Origin: an uncultured Mycobacteriales bacterium | GTDB taxonomy: Bacteria > Actinomycetota > Actinomycetes > Mycobacteriales > CADCTP01 | Assembly: GCA_902805565.1 (NCBI GenBank) | Contig: CADCTP010000212.1 | Location: forward strand, 1-63,554 | Reading direction: 5' to 3' | DNA length: 63,554 nt | In this document: positions 59,048 through 63,554 of the stretch, piece by piece | Position numbering within the stretch: position 1 is the stretch's first letter | Layout of the letters: each line of letters starts with the position of its first letter | Made by a program: the position numbers and the translations under genes | The notes under the pieces: generated by a model | What the model saw: the letters and a program-made list of their open reading frames with translations, nothing else | What the model was told of the DNA's origin: nothing | The model's database searches: none

Positions 59048-59995
59048 GTGCCGGACGGGCTGACCGACCTCGAGCGGTCGGCGTACGAGCTGCTCCTGGA
59101 GGGACCGCCGCGGTCGGTCGACGAGCTCCGGTCGCTGCTGGGGCTGGGTGCGGACGCCGTCCGGGCCGCGGTCGCCGGGCTGGAGGCCGGCGCCCTCATC
59201 ATCCGGCTGCCCGGCGAGCCGGCGCGGTACGACGTCCGGCACCCGCAGGAGGGGTTCGCCGAACTGCTGGCCGCGCAGCAGGACCAGCTCCGCAGCACGG
59301 CGGCCATGGTGGACACGTACGTGCAGCGGTACACCAACTCCCGCCGCTCGTCGATGAGCCTGGACGTCGTCGAGGTGCTCACCGACGACGAGGAGGCCTT
59401 CCGGCGCTACCAGCAGATGCAGGAGTCGGCGGTGCACGAGTTCCGGGCGTGCGACCGGCCGCCGTACGTGGGAGACCCCGAGGAGGTGGACGGCCTGGGT
59501 CCGCGCATGGCGGGCGTCCGCTTCCGGGTGATCAGCGACACCCGCAGCCGGGCCTTCCGGCATCCGTCGGCGTGGCAGCGGTGGGCGGCGGCCGGCCAGG
59601 AGACCCGCGAGATGGCCGACGTGCCGCTGAAGCTGATGATCTCCGACGAGCGGATGGCGTTGATCGTCCTGGACAGCCACGACGAGCGGGTCCGCAGCAC
59701 GCTGGTGGTCCACCCGTCGTCGCTGCTCGACGGGCTCATCGCGGTGTTCGAGTCGCTCTGGAAGGCCGCCGTGCCCCGGGATCCGCTGGTCGCCGCGGAG
59801 GAGGACCGGCTGTCCCCGGACGACCAGGCGCTGCTGTCCCTGCTGGCGTCCGGGGTGACGGACGCCGTGATCGCCCGCCGGCTGGGGGTGAGCCAGCGGA
59901 CGCTGCAGCGGCGGATCCATGACCTGATGACGCAGATCGGCGCGGCCAACCGGTGCCAGGCCGGGCTGTGGGCGGCCCGGCGCGGCTGGTTGTAG
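59048..59995 (+). CDS. LuxR-family regulator with an N-terminal TrmB-like wHTH (315 aa)
   Basis: N-terminus LTDLERSAYELLLEGPPRSVDELRSLLG. C-terminal LuxR HTH LLASGVTDAVIARRLGVSQRTLQRRIHDLM. Confidence 0.75.
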   Translation: MPDGLTDLERSAYELLLEGPPRSVDELRSLLGLGADAVRAAVAGLEAGALIIRLPGEPARYDVRHPQEGFAELLAAQQDQLRSTAAMVDTYVQRYTNSRRSSMSLDVVEVLTDDEEAFRRYQQMQESAVHEFRACDRPPYVGDPEEVDGLGPRMAGVRFRVISDTRSRAFRHPSAWQRWAAAGQETREMADVPLKLMISDERMALIVLDSHDERVRSTLVVHPSSLLDGLIAVFESLWKAAVPRDPLVAAEEDRLSPDDQALLSLLASGVTDAVIARRLGVSQRTLQRRIHDLMTQIGAANRCQAGLWAARRGWL

Positions 59996-60016
59996 GCGCT
60001 GATCCCGGCACCCGGG

Positions 60017-60062
60017 CACGGGCGTGCCCCCGGTCGGGATCCCGACCGGGGGCACGCCCGTG
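60017..60062. terminator. 46-bp perfect inverted repeat (22-bp stem, 2-nt centre) between convergent genes
   Basis: CACGGGCGTGCCCCCGGTCGGG-AT-CCCGACCGGGGGCACGCCCGTG. It is 22 nt after the luxR-type stop and 32 nt after the protease stop. Confidence 0.7.
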
Positions 60063-60093
60063 GCGGTGCGGGGGACGCCGCCCGCCCGGCTCC

Positions 60094-63000
60094 CTACCGG
60101 CGGAACGCCCGGAGCACGGTCTGCTCCACCGTGGCGCCCCGCGAGTCCTCGGCCGACGCCCGCAGCGAGACGAAGCCCCGCCCGGCCACCGACGGCGGGA
60201 ACACCGCGGTGCCCTTGCCCCCGCTCAGCCGTACCCGCTGCGGCTTCGACCAGGTCCGCCCGTCGTCGCTCGACGCCCGGACGGTCACGACCGAGGTCTC
60301 CCCCGCCGCTCCCTGGCTGGTGACGGTCACCGGGACCCGCACCACGCCCGGCGAGGTCAGCCGGCCGGTCGGGTCCACCTCCGGCCAGAACCGGACCACC
60401 GACACCGGCAGGTCGACCCGGTCGTCCGACACGGTGGGCTCGGACCGGAACGTCCACGTGACGTCCACCACCGTGCTCAGTGCGGCCAGGCTGGTCCGGT
60501 CGAGCCGGGCCTGGATGCGGTAGTCCGCCGCCTCGCGGGGCACGGTGACGACCGCACGGGATTCGGGCTCGTCCGCCACGACGGTGCCGTTGCGGGTGAC
60601 CACCGTCCGCGCCGAGTCCAAGGTCGGCTGGAAGCCGACATGTCCCGCCCGGTCGCCGACGAGCGTCGGCTGGACGACCAGCCGGTCACCGTAGAACGCC
60701 TGCTCCGGGTACGTCGACCTCGGCACGTTGACCGGGCCGTAGACCGGCACGTTCCAGCTGTCCTGGTACGTGCGACCGGCCTGGTACACCGTGGGGAGGG
60801 GGCTCAGGTAGATGGCTCCCTGGTCCGGGAACGGGCCGTCCGTCGGGATCGGCTCGGTGAAGGTGGCGTCCCACTCGACCGGCAGCCCGTCGGAGGCGAA
60901 CCGGTCGACCCGGCGATGGGGCAGCCGCACGCCCGTCGCCCGGACCAGTGCTCCGTTCTCCGAGACGCCCGGCAGGTTGGGGATCCAGCTGAGCTCCCCG
61001 CGGTCCTGCTTGTTGCGACCGAACGTGTGCACGACCGTCGCGACCTTGTCGTCGGTCAAGGTCCGCTCGAGGCCCTCGAACATCGAGCCCGGGCGGTACC
61101 AGACGCCGCGGTAGGCGTACGGGCTGGCCGCGAAGTCGCCGTTGGCATCGGGGCGGGCCCACTCGCCGAGCGCGGAGGACAGGAACTTCACGTCGGGACG
61201 CAGCGGCGAGGTGTCGCCGTCGGCCCGCACGTTGCCCGTCCAGAGCCGCGTACCGGGTCCGGAGTTCGTCACGAACAGGAACGACAGGCCCTCCGGGGCC
61301 AGCAGCTCCGACGAGACGCCGATCTGGGTGGGCGTCGCGCCCGCCTGCGGGATCCGCACGTCGATCTCCCGGGCCGTCCGCGCGTCGAAAGGCACGGTGG
61401 TGGGGCCGCGCACGGTCACCTGCCGCGCCACCATGACCACCCTCTGCGGCCCCTGCGCGGTCTCCGCGTCCTGGTACGCGACCATGAAGTAGTCACCGGG
61501 CGGCAGGTCGAGGGTGGGGGTGCTGGGCATGAGCTCCCCGCTGACCGTTCCGTCGTACTTGTAGAGGTACACGGAGGCGTCCGTGTCCGCCGGACGCTCA
61601 CCGGCGCGGTCCACCTGGTTGACCGTGACCGGGTAGGACTCGCTGGCCTGGGTCATCGCCAGGGCCGTCTGCACCTGCACACCGGGCGCCGTGGCGACCA
61701 CCCGGCCGCTCCAGAGTCCCAGCGGGGCGTCGGCGGGCAGCAGCCAGGAGACGCCGACGGTGGCCGTGCCGCCGGCGGGGACGGTGACCGAGGGCGCCGC
61801 GAGCGTGAGCGTGCCCGCCGGCCCGGCCGAGCCGTCGGGGGCGACGACCGACGTCGCCAGGTCCAGCGTGACGGCCGCGGTGCCGCTGTTGCGGAAGCCG
61901 ATGGTGCCGGTGAGCGGCTGGTCGTCGTCGTGCGGCCACGGCTGCCGGCCCAGGTTGACGTTGCCGAGCGAGGTCACGGTCTGCTCGATGGCCCGCGCGA
62001 CGTCGACCCGGCCCGAGCCCTGCGCGTACGAGCTGACGCCGGGCAACCCGACCGCCGACGCCATCAGCAGCCGCTTGAGCTGCTCACCGCCCGTCCCCGG
62101 ACGGCGCTGCAGCAGGATCGCCGCGGCGCCCGCCACGTGCGGCGTGGCCATCGAGGTCCCCGAGATCGTCAGGTACGGCCCGGACCCGCCGTCCGGGATG
62201 ATGTTGGTCGAGGCACGGGCGGCGGTGATGGCCACGCCCGGCGCGGCGACGTCCGGCTTGATCGCCCGGTCCCCCACGCGCGGGCCGCGGCTGGAGAAGT
62301 TCGCCATCCGGTCCTCGACGTCGACGGCGCCGACGGTCAGGGCGGCGTCCGCGGTGCCGGGCGAGCCCACGGTGAACGGGTCACCGGTGTCACCGCCGCT
62401 GTTGCCGGCGGCGATCACGAACAGCGTGCCGTAGGTGGCCGAGAGGGTGTTGACCGCCTCCTCCTGGGGGTCGACACCGGGCAGGTCGCCCCCGCCCAGG
62501 CTCAGGTTGACCACCGGAGCGCGCACCTCGGCGGCCGCCCACTGCATCCCGGCGATGGTGGCCGACTCGGGGCACTCGCCGTTGCGGTTGCAGACCTTGC
62601 CGTCGGCGAGCGTGGCGCCGGGCGCCACGCCGCGGTACCTGCCGTCGGAGGCCGCGCCGCTGCCGGCGACGGTGGACGCGACGTGCGTGCCGTGACCGTA
62701 GGAGTCGCCCGGACCGTCGCCGACGAAGTCCCTGACCGCCGTCACCTTGCCGGTGAAGTCCGGGTGGGCGCTGTCGATCCCGGTGTCGAGCACCGCGACG
62801 GTGACGCCGGTGCCGTCGTAGCCGGCCTGCCACGCGGTCGGGGCGCCGATCTGCGGCACGCTGCGCTCGAGCGTGACCTTGCGCACGCCGTCCAGCCAGA
62901 TCCGCCGGACGCCGGCCCGCGTCGCCGTCGGGCTGTCCTCCGGGGCCGCCGTCCGGCCCGTCAGGGCATCCCACAGCCGGACGGACTTCGACCGCTCGGC

Positions 63001-63507
63001 CCGTACGGCCAGGCCCCGCACGGCCGTCAGCTCCCGCCCGGCGCGCGCGCCCGACGCCGTCACCGCCGCCCGCGCGGTGGCCGTCGCCGCGGCGCTGGTG
63101 GCACCGACGATCAGCGGGACCGACTCCGTGCGGTCCAGGCCCTGCTCGAGCAGCGTGGTGACGTCGAAGAGCCGCCGGTCGACCCGCCCGGAGCGGACCA
63201 GCGCCGCGGCGTCCGACGGGATGACGGAGCGGCGACCGTTGACGTTCGTCATCGTGAACGACACGCCCGCGCGACCGGGGCCGGGCGACACCGTCGGCTG
63301 TCCGTCACCGGCCACCGTCACCCGGTCGCCGGTGATCAGCGTGACCGTGCGCGGCGCGGCCTTGGCCCCGGCCTCCGCCGCGACCGGCCGCCGGACCTCG
63401 GTCCCCGCCGCGGGCTGGGGCGCGGCGACCGCGGCCGGGAGGCCCTGCGCGGCCGTCGCCAGGATCGCCAGGGCGACCACCGCGGGAGCGCGGCGGCGCA
63501 GCGGCAC
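60094..63507 (-). CDS. Secreted S8 (subtilisin-like) serine protease with a C-terminal extension of about 600 aa (1137 aa)
   Basis: Signal peptide. Catalytic triad motifs VAVLDTGID, HGTHVAS, SGTSMATPHVAG. GTG 63507 is the start in the track, but the window ends 47 nt upstream, so a longer form cannot be excluded. Confidence 0.85.
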   Translation of the reverse strand: MPLRRRAPAVVALAILATAAQGLPAAVAAPQPAAGTEVRRPVAAEAGAKAAPRTVTLITGDRVTVAGDGQPTVSPGPGRAGVSFTMTNVNGRRSVIPSDAAALVRSGRVDRRLFDVTTLLEQGLDRTESVPLIVGATSAAATATARAAVTASGARAGRELTAVRGLAVRAERSKSVRLWDALTGRTAAPEDSPTATRAGVRRIWLDGVRKVTLERSVPQIGAPTAWQAGYDGTGVTVAVLDTGIDSAHPDFTGKVTAVRDFVGDGPGDSYGHGTHVASTVAGSGAASDGRYRGVAPGATLADGKVCNRNGECPESATIAGMQWAAAEVRAPVVNLSLGGGDLPGVDPQEEAVNTLSATYGTLFVIAAGNSGGDTGDPFTVGSPGTADAALTVGAVDVEDRMANFSSRGPRVGDRAIKPDVAAPGVAITAARASTNIIPDGGSGPYLTISGTSMATPHVAGAAAILLQRRPGTGGEQLKRLLMASAVGLPGVSSYAQGSGRVDVARAIEQTVTSLGNVNLGRQPWPHDDDQPLTGTIGFRNSGTAAVTLDLATSVVAPDGSAGPAGTLTLAAPSVTVPAGGTATVGVSWLLPADAPLGLWSGRVVATAPGVQVQTALAMTQASESYPVTVNQVDRAGERPADTDASVYLYKYDGTVSGELMPSTPTLDLPPGDYFMVAYQDAETAQGPQRVVMVARQVTVRGPTTVPFDARTAREIDVRIPQAGATPTQIGVSSELLAPEGLSFLFVTNSGPGTRLWTGNVRADGDTSPLRPDVKFLSSALGEWARPDANGDFAASPYAYRGVWYRPGSMFEGLERTLTDDKVATVVHTFGRNKQDRGELSWIPNLPGVSENGALVRATGVRLPHRRVDRFASDGLPVEWDATFTEPIPTDGPFPDQGAIYLSPLPTVYQAGRTYQDSWNVPVYGPVNVPRSTYPEQAFYGDRLVVQPTLVGDRAGHVGFQPTLDSARTVVTRNGTVVADEPESRAVVTVPREAADYRIQARLDRTSLAALSTVVDVTWTFRSEPTVSDDRVDLPVSVVRFWPEVDPTGRLTSPGVVRVPVTVTSQGAAGETSVVTVRASSDDGRTWSKPQRVRLSGGKGTAVFPPSVAGRGFVSLRASAEDSRGATVEQTVLRAFRR

Positions 63508-63554
63508 CCGGAGGCGTCTGGGTCGGGCGGGTTCGGGGATGCTCGGGTCGGTCA

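Noticed and set aside
60024-60323. Small ORFs encoding PVGIPTGGTP-type peptides on both strands at 60017-60062
   Set aside because: They are mirror-image artefacts of the 46-bp palindrome, not genes.

Overview
High-GC (about 72%) actinomycete DNA. The first 25 kb is the 3' end of a non-ribosomal peptide synthetase (NRPS) gene cluster. It holds a 5'-truncated NRPS subunit (C-A-T) and then a single 20.3-kb NRPS gene of about 6755 aa with five modules: C-A-T-E / C-A-T / C-A-T-E / C-A-T / C-A-T-E. That gene is translationally coupled (GTGA overlap) to an EntS/DHA3-like MFS exporter, which is followed by an MbtH-like protein and a convergent atypical LuxR-type response regulator. The main lead is that the assembly line ends in an intact epimerization domain. 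No TE, reductase or terminal C domain appears anywhere in the window, and C-domain subtypes predict a strictly alternating D/L backbone of at least 7 residues. This architecture is known from lines released in trans by SurE-like penicillin-binding-protein-type cyclases, but no such gene lies in the window. The remaining 38 kb is a mosaic of small operons, many defined by 4-nt start/stop overlaps. These are: a chaplin-like secreted peptide and a PfkB kinase; TetR with a hydrolase-SnoaL operon; a DhlA-like haloalkane dehalogenase; a Tat-exported PhoX-like protein; PadR with a membrane beta-propeller sensor; DUF2975-HTH-ABC; an aldo/keto reductase; GNAT; M20 peptidase-MFS with LysR and an Asp/Glu racemase; a pump-less ars-like locus with a decayed arsC paralogue; DGPF with an ECF42-type sigma factor; an XRE-NB-ARC-TPR STAND regulator; a decayed haloacetate-dehalogenase gene; a secreted vanadium-haloperoxidase/PAP2-like protein; ArsR-CDF; and a 1137-aa S8 protease. 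I saw no rRNA, tRNA, CRISPR array or transposase. All family assignments come from motifs read by eye, with no database search, and start codons are best guesses.
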